Position numbers and translations under genes: made by a program. The notes under the pieces were generated by a model that saw only the letters and a list, made by a program, of their open reading frames with translations, did no database searches and was not told the DNA's origin. Positions 32,135 to 41,549 of a stretch of DNA of 64,000 nt are shown one piece after another (the first letter of the stretch is position 1; the number at the start of each line of letters is the position of its first letter). The stretch is from an uncultured Planctomycetales bacterium (GTDB taxonomy: Bacteria; 4484-113): positions 2,968-66,967 of the forward strand of contig CAZKNJ010000003.1 in assembly GCA_964554185.1 (NCBI GenBank), read 5' to 3'.

Positions 32135-35014
32135 CTATGCGCTGGCGCCGGTTATCTGCTTGAACTTCGGGTCCATGTGCAAGCGCTCAAACTCCGGCGC
32201 GTATTTGATAGTTTCGGCCAGGCTGGGCTGGGTCTCCACCGCCTGCTGCAAGTACTCGAGCGCTTTCTCATTCTCGCGCATCAGCACCTGCAAGTGCGCC
32301 ATGCCCATCAACAGCTGCCCGTTCTGCGGGAAGCGCTTCAGGCCATCGTCGTAAGCCTTGCGGGCGCGCTCGTATTCCTTGAGCTGGACCAGCGAGTACG
32401 ACTTGTTCTCGTAAGCAGTCTCGTACTCCGGGTCAAGCTCAACGGCGCGGTCAAAGTGCTCCACCGCTTTGGCGAACTGCTCCAGCTGCGCCAGAATGAC
32501 ACCCTTGTTGAGCCAGGCCTTCTTGTGTGAGGAGTCTAGCTTCACGCACTGGTCAAACGAGTTAATGGCCTTGAGCTGCTCGCCTAGATCGACCTCCGCC
32601 AGCGCGCGCTGGTACCAGACCTCGGGCATCTGCGTGTCAATGTGGAAGATGCGCTCGGTGGCGTCAACCGCCTGCTCGGCCTCATGCAGCATGTTGTGCG
32701 CCGTGGCCTTGCGCAGCAGGAAGTCGGTGTTGGTGGGGTCAACCTTCAGCGCGGCGTCGTATGCGCGGATGGATTGCTTCCAGTGGCTCAGCTCGTCCTC
32801 TGCGCTGCCGAGCTGGAACCAGGCCTTGGCGTCCTCCGGGTTTTCCGATAGGTACTTGGTCAGCCACTCCACCTTGCCCTCATAGTCGCCCAGCTCGCCC
32901 AGCAGCAGCGCCTTGCGGTACCACACGAGGTCGAAGTTCGGATTGATGCTGATGCTGCGGTCAAAGCACTCCAGCGCTTCCGGGCGCATCTCCTTGGCCC
33001 ACTGCACCAGAGCCTTGTTGTACCAGACGCGCGGGTCTTCGGGATTCTTCTCAATGTACAAGTCAATGTACTTGAGCGCTTCATCCTCTTCTTTGAGCCC
33101 GTGCAGCGCGACGGCGAAGTTGTTCCACGTCTCGGTGTCGTCGGGTTCCACTTCCAGGAAGTACTCGTATGTCTCCCTGGCACGCTCATAGCTGCGGGTC
33201 ATCACTTCGGCCACGCCGCGGTTCTTGAAGGCAAAGTCGTCTTCTTCGTTCAGCTCAATCGCCTTATCAAAGAAGGTCATGGCGCGGTGGTCCTGGCCCA
33301 GCTTGCCCAGCAGAATGCCGTTGTTGTACCAGGCTTTGAACAGCTTCGCGTTGGATTCGCGGGCGTTAGTGAAGCACCTTTGGGCCTGCAATTTGCGTCC
33401 TTGTTCGTACAGCACTATTCCGAGGTTGTACCAGGCAGTGCTCAGGTTGGGGGAGGCGGCCAGGCACCGCTCGTAGGCCTCGCGCTCCTTCTCCAGGTTG
33501 TTGATCTTGCTGCAGGTGACGCCCAGATTGTAGAGGACGGTCTCCATTTCCGGCTTGAGCTCCAGCGCCTTTCCCATCGCCTCTACTTCGGCCTGCCAGT
33601 TCTCCTGTTCACGGTATATCAGCCCCTTGAGGATAAAGTACCCGTGGTCCTTCTCCTTCAGGCTAATCGCCTTGTCCACGGCCTTCACCGCTTCGCTGAA
33701 GTTGCCCATCTTGTAGTGCGCCCAGGCCAGCCCGTAGTAGCAGTCGTTGTTCTCCGGGAACATCCCGACAAGCTTGGTGAACTTATTGATCGCGTCCTCG
33801 TAGCTGCCCTTCTTCAGGTCATTGTATGTATGGTTGACCAGCTTGCGCTCCGCCTCCTTGGCGGCCCGCTCCTTGTCTTCCTTCTTCCTGAACATCCCCT
33901 TGGTTTCTTTCTGCCACTGCTCAATGATCACTTCGTAATTCGCGACCAGGAATCCCTCGTCCAGCAGGTCGCGGTGCACCAGCTCCTTAAGCTCAATTGG
34001 GCGATAGCCTTCACGGCGGCGGATGTCGCCGTAAGGGATGATGTTAAACCGCTGGAAGGAGAAGGCTAGCTCCTCCTCAGTTGAGGGAAGCTCCAGGTCG
34101 GCCGCAAGCTGTTCAAACAGGTAATCGCTATCGTCAAGCTCAAAGAGCTTGAAGTCCTTGTTCTTCTCCATTCCGACTCCGAGAAGGTCGGAAATGGACT
34201 CGGGCACCTGCTTGATGTTTCCCTTGTAGGCCCAGAGCAGGCCGCCCTTGAGGACGTCCGGATAATCATGTGTGAGTTCGATCAGCGTGTTCATCACCGA
34301 GTACTCCATGCCGGAGTACCCGATTACGAACAGCCTGTTATTGGCCAGCGATTTTCGCAAGAAGGCCTTCATATCATCGTGGTGCTTAGCCATCCCCTCA
34401 CGGATGTACCGCACGTCATACTTGTCGTAGTCGCCGTGTATCTTGACAACATAGCGCCCTTCGTCCAGGCTCACGAACTTAAGCTCGTCAATGGCGCGAA
34501 TGGTGATGCAGTTGGTGCCGCGCAGGATGTAGTAAGCATCCTCCGCGAGGGTGTCCCAGTTGGTGGTGTACAGCAGAGGGTGGAACTTGCCCGTCTTCAC
34601 GCCGATTACGTACATGAGGTGGCTGGGAGAAGGCTGCTTGCCCTTCAACATTTCCTTGAAGAGCTCCGTGCGCAGGAATACGCTCGGATACTCCTTCTCC
34701 AGCGTGCTCACGTACTTGTACGCCGGGTTGAACCATTTCTGGCGCGATACCCAATCCTGCAGCTCCTCCGCCGTCATTTGCCCGCGCTTCGCCGGGTTGC
34801 TCTTCTCAAAGACCTTGACGACGATGCTGTCCACCATGTCCTGAGCGGTGGGCAGCCCGGCCGAGACGGACACTCCCGCGCCAAAGAACATCTGGTAGTC
34901 CCGGATGTTCTCTAATAGCTTGGTGTACGCCTCTTCAAAGGGTATGACGCATTCGGCTAGGACTTCTTTGCGGTCCCGTTGTTCAACGGCTTTGATTCTG
35001 CGCCTGATTGACAT
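32135..35014 (-). CDS. SIR2_2-like domain fused to ~16 TPR repeats
   Basis: N-terminal roughly 300 aa has SIR2_2 hallmarks: FFGAGVSVSAGLPT, TTNWD and VKIHGDYD. The remainder is canonical 34-aa TPRs (W/Y-N-x-G...). ATG at 35014 with GGAGG 12 nt upstream. The track ORF extends to 35086. Confidence 0.7.
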   Translation of the reverse strand: MSIRRRIKAVEQRDRKEVLAECVIPFEEAYTKLLENIRDYQMFFGAGVSVSAGLPTAQDMVDSIVVKVFEKSNPAKRGQMTAEELQDWVSRQKWFNPAYKYVSTLEKEYPSVFLRTELFKEMLKGKQPSPSHLMYVIGVKTGKFHPLLYTTNWDTLAEDAYYILRGTNCITIRAIDELKFVSLDEGRYVVKIHGDYDKYDVRYIREGMAKHHDDMKAFLRKSLANNRLFVIGYSGMEYSVMNTLIELTHDYPDVLKGGLLWAYKGNIKQVPESISDLLGVGMEKNKDFKLFELDDSDYLFEQLAADLELPSTEEELAFSFQRFNIIPYGDIRRREGYRPIELKELVHRDLLDEGFLVANYEVIIEQWQKETKGMFRKKEDKERAAKEAERKLVNHTYNDLKKGSYEDAINKFTKLVGMFPENNDCYYGLAWAHYKMGNFSEAVKAVDKAISLKEKDHGYFILKGLIYREQENWQAEVEAMGKALELKPEMETVLYNLGVTCSKINNLEKEREAYERCLAASPNLSTAWYNLGIVLYEQGRKLQAQRCFTNARESNAKLFKAWYNNGILLGKLGQDHRAMTFFDKAIELNEEDDFAFKNRGVAEVMTRSYERARETYEYFLEVEPDDTETWNNFAVALHGLKEEDEALKYIDLYIEKNPEDPRVWYNKALVQWAKEMRPEALECFDRSISINPNFDLVWYRKALLLGELGDYEGKVEWLTKYLSENPEDAKAWFQLGSAEDELSHWKQSIRAYDAALKVDPTNTDFLLRKATAHNMLHEAEQAVDATERIFHIDTQMPEVWYQRALAEVDLGEQLKAINSFDQCVKLDSSHKKAWLNKGVILAQLEQFAKAVEHFDRAVELDPEYETAYENKSYSLVQLKEYERARKAYDDGLKRFPQNGQLLMGMAHLQVLMRENEKALEYLQQAVETQPSLAETIKYAPEFERLHMDPKFKQITGASA

Positions 35015-35087
35015 TGGAAGCAGTAACCTCCGTCCCCAAGATGGTAAGACCGGCCGAAATGGCGAGCCTGACACCTGATTATACACT

Positions 35088-35095
35088 TTGCGGGC
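35088..35095 (-). promoter_or_regulatory. candidate -10 (TGTATAAT on minus strand) for the SIR2-TPR gene
   Basis: Forward attataca is the reverse complement of TGTATAAT. Lies 74 nt upstream of the ATG at 35014, in the divergent intergenic region shared with the DUF885 gene. Confidence 0.35.
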
Positions 35096-35200
35096 ACGGG
35101 CGGCAATATGCGCGGAATCGCCCGTTCAGATACGCGCCTCGGCATACAACACGGGCTGGGTACGCGGTTTAAAGCTTCTGCGAGCCTGGCGCGCGCCCTA

Positions 35201-35209
35201 TGTTAGAAT
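35201..35209 (+). promoter_or_regulatory. extended -10 TGtTAGAAT for the DUF885-family gene
   Basis: Followed by GGGAGGGAG RBS and the ATG at 35245. Confidence 0.4.
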
Positions 35210-35244
35210 AGCAGCTGAATCGCCTGTGATATGGGAGGGAGAAC

Positions 35245-36885
35245 ATGGCTGATAGGGCTTTTGATCGCTTCCGGAACGACGTCTTCGCCTTCGTTCTCGG
35301 CGAATACCCCACTTGGGGCACCTGGATGGGGCTGCACCAGTACGACGGCAAATTTGCCAAGTACGACCCCGCTTCCATAAGAAACCGCCGGCGGCGCATG
35401 GCCGCACTTCTCAAGCGTGCGGGGAAGTTCAAGCTTGCCAATTTGGAGGGCGACGACCGGGTGGATGCGGAGCTGGCGCGGCGCGAGCTGGCCTACTGGC
35501 TGTACTGGATGGAGCGCCTGCCGGACCACCAGCGCGAGCCTTCCGCTTACGTAAACGAGATTCTCTTCGGTCTCTACGTGCTCATTCAGCGGGGCGCGCA
35601 GCCCAAAGACAAGCGTGCACGCAACCTGCTGCGCCGTATGCGCCAGGTGCCGCGCGTGTTGCGAGAAGCCATGGTTAATCTGGAAAACCCGCCAAAGGAG
35701 TTTACCGAGAGCGCCATTCTGGAGGCTCAGGGCGCGCTGGGCTTCTTGCAGGCCACGGTGCCCGCCTTCATCGCCAGCCTGCGTGGCGCCGAGTACCGGA
35801 AGCTGCGGGACGACCTGAGGGGCGCCACCGAAAGGGCGGAGAAGGTCTTTGCACGTTTCATCGCGTTCCTTCAGGACGACCTGCTGCCGCGCAGCCAAGG
35901 CAAGTTCGCCGTGGGCAAGCCGATGTTCAATTACATCCTCAAGAACCACCATCATGTGGACGAGGATGCCGACTCGCTGCTGAGGCTCGGGCGCAAGTAC
36001 TTACGCGAGACCAAGGCGGAGCTGGCGAAGGTGGCGCGCCAGCTCAGCCGGACCAAAAGCTGGGAGCGGCTGGTGAACGAGATCAAGCGCAACCATCCGT
36101 CCAACGCGCAGCTCGTCAACTACTATGCGAAGGAAATGAAGCGCGCACGCGATTTCGTGCGCCAGCACAAGTTGGTCACCATTCCCAGGGGCGAGAAGCT
36201 TCGCGTAGTGCCGACCCCCGCATTCGCCGCGCCCGTTATCCCCTACGCGGCCTACCTGTCGCCTGCTACCTACGAAGCGAAGAAGGAGGGCTTCTTCTGG
36301 GTCACCCAGGTGCCCGCCGGAACCCCGCGCGGCCGCGCCAAGGAGCAGCTGGAAGGCCACCCCAGGGCCGGCATCGTGGTAACCGCGCTGCATGAGGCCT
36401 ATCCGGGCCACCACCTCCAGATAACCACCGCAACCTACCACCCCGACAAGCTGCGCCACCTGTTCGGCACCAGCGTGTTCGTTGAGGGCTGGGCGCTTTA
36501 CTGCGAAGAGATGATGTGGGAGCAGGGCTTCTACTCCGACCCACGCAGCCGCCTGCTGCAGCTCAAGGACACGCTCTGGCGCGCCTGCCGCGTCATCATT
36601 GACGTGAGCCTGCACACGGGCAAGATGTCCTTTGATCAGGCGGTGAAATTCTTGGTCAAAGAGGCCAAACTGGAGGAGGTCAACGCGATTGCCGAGGTGC
36701 GCCGCTACTGCCAGACCCCGACGCAGCCCATGAGCTACCTGATGGGCAAGAAGCTGATACTGGAGCTGCGCCGCGACTACGAGCAGCGCGCGGGCAAGAA
36801 GTTCAACCTGCGCCGCTTCCACGACCAGCTCCTGTCCCACGGCTCCATCCCGGTGAAGTACGTGCGCGAGCTGATGAGGATGTAA
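35245..36885 (+). CDS. DUF885-family putative Zn-metallopeptidase-like protein
   Basis: 546 aa. Diagnostic LHEAYPGHHLQ motif (HExxPGHHxQ). Confidence 0.65.
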   Translation: MADRAFDRFRNDVFAFVLGEYPTWGTWMGLHQYDGKFAKYDPASIRNRRRRMAALLKRAGKFKLANLEGDDRVDAELARRELAYWLYWMERLPDHQREPSAYVNEILFGLYVLIQRGAQPKDKRARNLLRRMRQVPRVLREAMVNLENPPKEFTESAILEAQGALGFLQATVPAFIASLRGAEYRKLRDDLRGATERAEKVFARFIAFLQDDLLPRSQGKFAVGKPMFNYILKNHHHVDEDADSLLRLGRKYLRETKAELAKVARQLSRTKSWERLVNEIKRNHPSNAQLVNYYAKEMKRARDFVRQHKLVTIPRGEKLRVVPTPAFAAPVIPYAAYLSPATYEAKKEGFFWVTQVPAGTPRGRAKEQLEGHPRAGIVVTALHEAYPGHHLQITTATYHPDKLRHLFGTSVFVEGWALYCEEMMWEQGFYSDPRSRLLQLKDTLWRACRVIIDVSLHTGKMSFDQAVKFLVKEAKLEEVNAIAEVRRYCQTPTQPMSYLMGKKLILELRRDYEQRAGKKFNLRRFHDQLLSHGSIPVKYVRELMRM

Positions 36886-36893
36886 GCTCTCAT

Positions 36894-39800
36894 CTAATCG
36901 GCGAATGCGAATAGCTTGTAGTCCATGGTGACATACAGAGTGCCGTCTTCAGCGATAGCTTGGCCACCGTAGGTGGAGCGCATATTCGCTTCGTATACCC
37001 ACTTCGTCGTTCCGTCAGGGTTAATGGCGTAAATGTTAGTGTCCATACTGCCGAGGTAAAGGACACCGTCGGCGCCAACAGCAGGAGGATTGTAAATGGG
37101 GCTGTACTGATCAACTCCTACGAACTTGCTCCACTTGAAGTGCCCTTCGCTGTCCATGGCAAACAACGTTCCGTCTCTGGTTATCAGATAGACGCTCCCA
37201 TCCGGGCCAAGCGAGCAGCTAGTCCATGGAATCTTGTTGATTGGGAATGTATACTCCCATGCCAGAGAACCATCCGAATTCAACGAGTAGAGAGACTTAG
37301 AGTGGTCTGAAATGTAGAGCGTACTGTTGTTGCTAACCACAACACCTGGTATGTACGTGCCAGAAGTCTGATATTCCCATAGAAGCTCGCCTTCAACATT
37401 AAAGGCGTACGCCGAGGGATTGGATGTAGTACTGCGGCCACTGACGTATATATCTCCGTTATCTCCTATTGCGGGACTTGTCGGGGCGATATTGCCTATC
37501 GGGTAATACCACTTCTGCATACCAAAGGAGTTCAGAGCATATAGACCAGCATAGCGCGCTTGATAGTAGATGGTACCGTTCGGGCTAACTGCAATATCTC
37601 CCCATGAGCCTGGAGATGTGAAATCCCACTTCCTCGTGCCATCGCAGCTAAACGCAAGAACTTTGGAGCGTATGCTAGCGTAAACCGTACCGTTACCGCC
37701 TAATGCTGGAGCAGTATTGTCACCATCCTCGTTCCGGGCTTTCCATTTCAGCGTGCCATCAGGATTGATGGCACACATGAACGTCTCACCACTACTGCCT
37801 GTAGTCTGGAAGTAGATTGTGCCGTCAGCATCAAGCACAGGCGGGCTGAAGAATCCAATAGGATCACGGTATTCCCACTTGAGAGTAGCCGTCTGTGGAC
37901 CGATGTATGGACTTAGATGCTGGTGTCGCTGGTCTCGTCCATATGTCCACCAGTCGCCTCTACCGGCGGGCAGAACCTGAGCAAAATCCCCATTCCCAGT
38001 ATCCATTACATCCACCGTGATTATTTGCTCGCCAGGAGTGAATACATACCCATTCTTGGACGCCCTTACCGTGTAGCTTCCAGGTTGCATTGCTGACAAG
38101 AGGTAATATCCGTCCGCATCAGTTCTCGAGCTCTTTCCCGAAGGGCTAGCGGTTATGTAAACGTCTGGGAGTCCCGCTCCGTCTGTACCTAAAACCTGGC
38201 CGGAGATGGAGAAGGATTCGTTTGCCGTCTGGAAGGCAAACAGCCACCCATCGTTGTTGCCTACGTACACTGTTCCATCCGGTCCTATGGAAGCATTCCC
38301 GCGGATTGGTGCTCCCGTATCGTAGAACCACTTCAGTTCGCCCGCTGGGCTCAGCGCATAAAACATCCCCGAGTAGTCTCCAAAGTAGACTGTCCCGTCT
38401 CCTCCAATTGTAGGATCGCTTCGGAATTCTTCCTTACAATCAAAACGCCACTTCAGATCACCCGATGATGTCAGTGCAGAAATTGAGTACCCGCTGTTAA
38501 TATAGACGGTTCCGTCTGCAGCAATTGCAGGGGTGAAGTTGACGCCAAAGCTCGTAGGGTACTGCCAATCGAGCGAGCCATCGGGGGAAAGAGCATATAC
38601 ATATGTGTCGCGGCTAGCTATGTAAATTGCGCCATCTGAGGCTATGGAAGGCGCATCACCAATTTCGTACCCGGTTTCGAACATCCACATAACTGAACCG
38701 CTTGGGCTCACCGCATAGAGGTTGTGGTCTCTGCTTCCTACGTATATTTCACCGCTCGGGCCGATTGCAGGACTAGAATATTCACTCATGTTAGAGGTGC
38801 CAACCTGAATGCTCCAAATGAGGTTGCCGTCCACATCTAGCTTCGATAGTACTCCTTCAGAGCTGTAGACGATGATGAAGCCATCACTATTCATAACTGG
38901 CGAGGCGTAGAGATTTCCCACTTCCTGGGATTCCCATCTCAGGAATCCATCTGGACTGATAGCGCATAGGGTAGGACCTGCATTGCTCGTGGCAACATAT
39001 ATTGTACCGTCTGTTCCCACCATTGGGATTGCTGGGGAGTAACCCAGATGGTGCTCCCATAAGGGCATTCCATCTGCATCAAGCGCGTACAGCACATCAT
39101 TGTCACTAGAGAAGTACACTCGTCCCTTTGAGTCTATGACTGGAGTCCCGGCTATTCCGTAAGTGGATCCAATAGGTGGTTCCGCGCAGAACTTCCATTT
39201 CACTGCCCCATTCTGGGCGCCGACGATGGAGCTTCTACCCGTGTGAGCAGCGTCGTGCATATACATCCACCAGTCGCCTTGTCCGGGCGGAATCGGCACC
39301 TGCACGACATTGCTTTCCGCACCCGGCTCACCGACGGCATCCACCGGCTGAACTCTAATCCAGTCGCCGGGATTCAGCGGCAGTGTGAGCTCGAACCGCT
39401 TTCTCCCTTCTCCCCCGGCGGAGGAAAAAGCCACGGTCTCCACCATGGATGGTTCTCCTTCCTGCTCCTCTGAGGCAAGTACTGCGTAGCTTGCTACTTC
39501 ACGCAGTAGATTCGCAGCGATCGCGGTGATGTCCTGAATGTTGATAGTGCCGTCGCCGCTACCATCTATCCACTCGTTGGATTCGTCGGCTTCCTCGCCG
39601 AAGTGAACCGCGAGCGGCGAGATGTCCGCAATCTCCACCATGCCGCTCTGGTCGTAATCACCTGTATTCCGGTACGACCAGGTGAGCGTGTACGTGCCGT
39701 CGCCATTATCAACTATGGCCAGGTCGTCGATGCGATTGCCTTCCCCGCTGGGTGGCTTTGAGGTGATTCTGTGCGCTGGAAGCGTTTCTCCTACCGACCC

Positions 39801-40052
39801 AGCGGAGCTAGCCAGCGCTTCCCGCAGCGCTTCCTTGAGCTGGGTGAAGAGCGCTTTGTCCACCCATACCGGCACCGCCAGCGCCTGCAGCTCCGCTTGG
39901 GCTTCGTCAAGCGACATGGTTTGCTGCACTTGGTTTGACCCGTGCGGCCCTACTTCCGGCAGTTGTCCTACCGGTGCCTTCCTTCCGCCGCACGCGCATA
40001 GCAGCAAAGCAGTCATTGCGGCGATGCATATTGCCCATGTGGGATTCCTCAT
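36894..40052 (-). CDS. secreted lipoprotein with dockerin-like Ca-binding repeat and many PQQ/BamB-type beta-propeller blades
   Basis: 1052 aa. Signal and lipobox LLLCACGG. Dockerin-like segment DGSGDGTINIQDITAIAANLL. More than 20 repeats of the type DGT(V/I)Y(V/F)G..D..LYA(L/V)..DG. A CarboxypepD_reg-like insert. GGAGG RBS. GC is markedly lower than the flanks. Confidence 0.7.
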   Translation of the reverse strand: MRNPTWAICIAAMTALLLCACGGRKAPVGQLPEVGPHGSNQVQQTMSLDEAQAELQALAVPVWVDKALFTQLKEALREALASSAGSVGETLPAHRITSKPPSGEGNRIDDLAIVDNGDGTYTLTWSYRNTGDYDQSGMVEIADISPLAVHFGEEADESNEWIDGSGDGTINIQDITAIAANLLREVASYAVLASEEQEGEPSMVETVAFSSAGGEGRKRFELTLPLNPGDWIRVQPVDAVGEPGAESNVVQVPIPPGQGDWWMYMHDAAHTGRSSIVGAQNGAVKWKFCAEPPIGSTYGIAGTPVIDSKGRVYFSSDNDVLYALDADGMPLWEHHLGYSPAIPMVGTDGTIYVATSNAGPTLCAISPDGFLRWESQEVGNLYASPVMNSDGFIIVYSSEGVLSKLDVDGNLIWSIQVGTSNMSEYSSPAIGPSGEIYVGSRDHNLYAVSPSGSVMWMFETGYEIGDAPSIASDGAIYIASRDTYVYALSPDGSLDWQYPTSFGVNFTPAIAADGTVYINSGYSISALTSSGDLKWRFDCKEEFRSDPTIGGDGTVYFGDYSGMFYALSPAGELKWFYDTGAPIRGNASIGPDGTVYVGNNDGWLFAFQTANESFSISGQVLGTDGAGLPDVYITASPSGKSSRTDADGYYLLSAMQPGSYTVRASKNGYVFTPGEQIITVDVMDTGNGDFAQVLPAGRGDWWTYGRDQRHQHLSPYIGPQTATLKWEYRDPIGFFSPPVLDADGTIYFQTTGSSGETFMCAINPDGTLKWKARNEDGDNTAPALGGNGTVYASIRSKVLAFSCDGTRKWDFTSPGSWGDIAVSPNGTIYYQARYAGLYALNSFGMQKWYYPIGNIAPTSPAIGDNGDIYVSGRSTTSNPSAYAFNVEGELLWEYQTSGTYIPGVVVSNNSTLYISDHSKSLYSLNSDGSLAWEYTFPINKIPWTSCSLGPDGSVYLITRDGTLFAMDSEGHFKWSKFVGVDQYSPIYNPPAVGADGVLYLGSMDTNIYAINPDGTTKWVYEANMRSTYGGQAIAEDGTLYVTMDYKLFAFAD

Positions 40053-40165
40053 CTCAACCTCCCCTCTGGGGACCCCGCGGTTTCCCCAAATGTACCATTA
40101 GATTATACCCTCTGCTAGTACTAAATGGTGATGGATTCTGCCGCTGAACCGTCCATCCCCCCAGA

Positions 40166-40174
40166 TGATAGAAT
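40166..40174 (+). promoter_or_regulatory. extended -10 TGaTAGAAT 8 nt upstream of the ATG at 40183 (near-leaderless)
   Basis: gaTGaTAGAATactcgcct then ATG. Confidence 0.4.
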
Positions 40175-40182
40175 ACTCGCCT

Positions 40183-41397
40183 ATGCTAACTGGCCCCAAG
40201 TGGCAGGAGGCGCAGGAGAAGCTGCTTTCGTGGGCGCGTCCGCTGAGCGCGGAAAGCGTCCCGCTGCGCCACGCGCTGTTCAGTTGCGCCGAAACGGCGG
40301 TGTCCGCCGCCCTGCCGTACCCGCCGCACAACCTTGCGCTGGCGCAGGGCTTCGCCGTCAGCTTCAAGGAGCTGCAGCGCCAGGCAGCCCAGGGCGGTCC
40401 ACCGCGCTTCCGCTTCGGCGGCACTCTGGGGGGCGGGCGCACCTACGAACGCAAGGTGCAGGACAACTCTGTGCTGCTGGTGGAGCCGGGAATGCTGCTG
40501 CCGGACGGGCTGGACGCTGTAGTCGCGCCGTCCGCCACCGAGCGGGTGGGCAACGAAGTGGAAATCCGCGAAGTGCCGGATAAGCCGAGCGGAGTGTGGC
40601 TGCGCGGCGTCTTCGCCGGTCAAAACACCGAGCTGGTGCCCCGGGGCGCCTGCCTGGGAGCCGCCTCGTTCGCGGCGCTGCACAGCCAGAGCCTGGAAGA
40701 AGCCCGGGTCGTGCGCCAGCCGCTGGTCGGCTCGCTTATCATCGGCAACGGCCTGGCGGACGCCGCCGCGGCCAAGCCGCCCGACGGCGCCTGCATCGAG
40801 CTGCTCTCGCCGATGCTGCGCGCGGCCTGCGTGCGCGGCCAATGCTCGTTCGTTTCCCAGGGAGTGCAGGAGCAACACCTGACCATCCCCGGCGCCCTCG
40901 CCGATGCGCAGGATCAAGTGGAGGCGCTGGTCGTTTCGGGACTGCTGTCGGACGCCCAATTTGAGGAGCTTCGCCGGACGCTGGAGCAGGATTGGGAACT
41001 GCGCATAGCGGGGCTTGCCCATCCATTGGGTAAGCAAGTGCTGATTGCCGAGCGCAACGGGCGCTGGCTGCTGTTCATTCCCTACCACCCGCCGTTGCTG
41101 TTAGCACTCGCCGCCTTGCTGCTCCAGCCGTTGGTCACGCGCCTCAAGGGGCACAATGGCGACGCTTTCTCCTATGCCGAGTGCGCGGAATCCGCATCCG
41201 GTGACACCGCTGACGATATCTGGCTGGGCCGTGAAGTGGTCCAGAGTGACCGGTTCAAGCCGGCCCGGGTGAAGCTGCTGAAGCAGGTTTCGGCCGCATC
41301 GCTGGCGGATATGGCGCGCGCAACCTGCGTCGCCGTGCCGAGCACCGGGGGCGGTGCAGTGGAGCCGAACACACCTCTAGCCATAGCCCAAGTGTGA
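40183..41397 (+). CDS. MoeA/gephyrin-like fold protein with degenerate catalytic motifs
   Basis: The domain order matches MoeA: N-terminal LAQGFAV; the middle EPGMLLPDGLDAVVAPSATERV resembles TGAxLPxGADAVV; the C-terminal IPYHPP resembles LPGNPVS. Canonical GGVS/TGDEL motifs are absent. The start could also be 40165. Confidence 0.4.
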   Translation: MLTGPKWQEAQEKLLSWARPLSAESVPLRHALFSCAETAVSAALPYPPHNLALAQGFAVSFKELQRQAAQGGPPRFRFGGTLGGGRTYERKVQDNSVLLVEPGMLLPDGLDAVVAPSATERVGNEVEIREVPDKPSGVWLRGVFAGQNTELVPRGACLGAASFAALHSQSLEEARVVRQPLVGSLIIGNGLADAAAAKPPDGACIELLSPMLRAACVRGQCSFVSQGVQEQHLTIPGALADAQDQVEALVVSGLLSDAQFEELRRTLEQDWELRIAGLAHPLGKQVLIAERNGRWLLFIPYHPPLLLALAALLLQPLVTRLKGHNGDAFSYAECAESASGDTADDIWLGREVVQSDRFKPARVKLLKQVSAASLADMARATCVAVPSTGGGAVEPNTPLAIAQV

Positions 41398-41549
41398 AGA
41401 TTGAAGCTGATTGCCCCCGATTCGTCTCCTTATAGGGCTGGTCACGGCCCCATCCGATGCTACAATTACCGTCTCTGCAAATGCCAGGAGGTTTGGGACA
41501 AGCACGCCGCCCCCGCTTTGCGTGCGTTCCTATGAGGGTAGGGGCTTGT

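Noticed and set aside
40125-40583. Alternative-frame 152-aa ORF overlapping the moeA-like gene
   Set aside because: Gly/Ala/Arg-rich and out of frame with the MoeA-fold reading frame, which carries the recognisable motifs.
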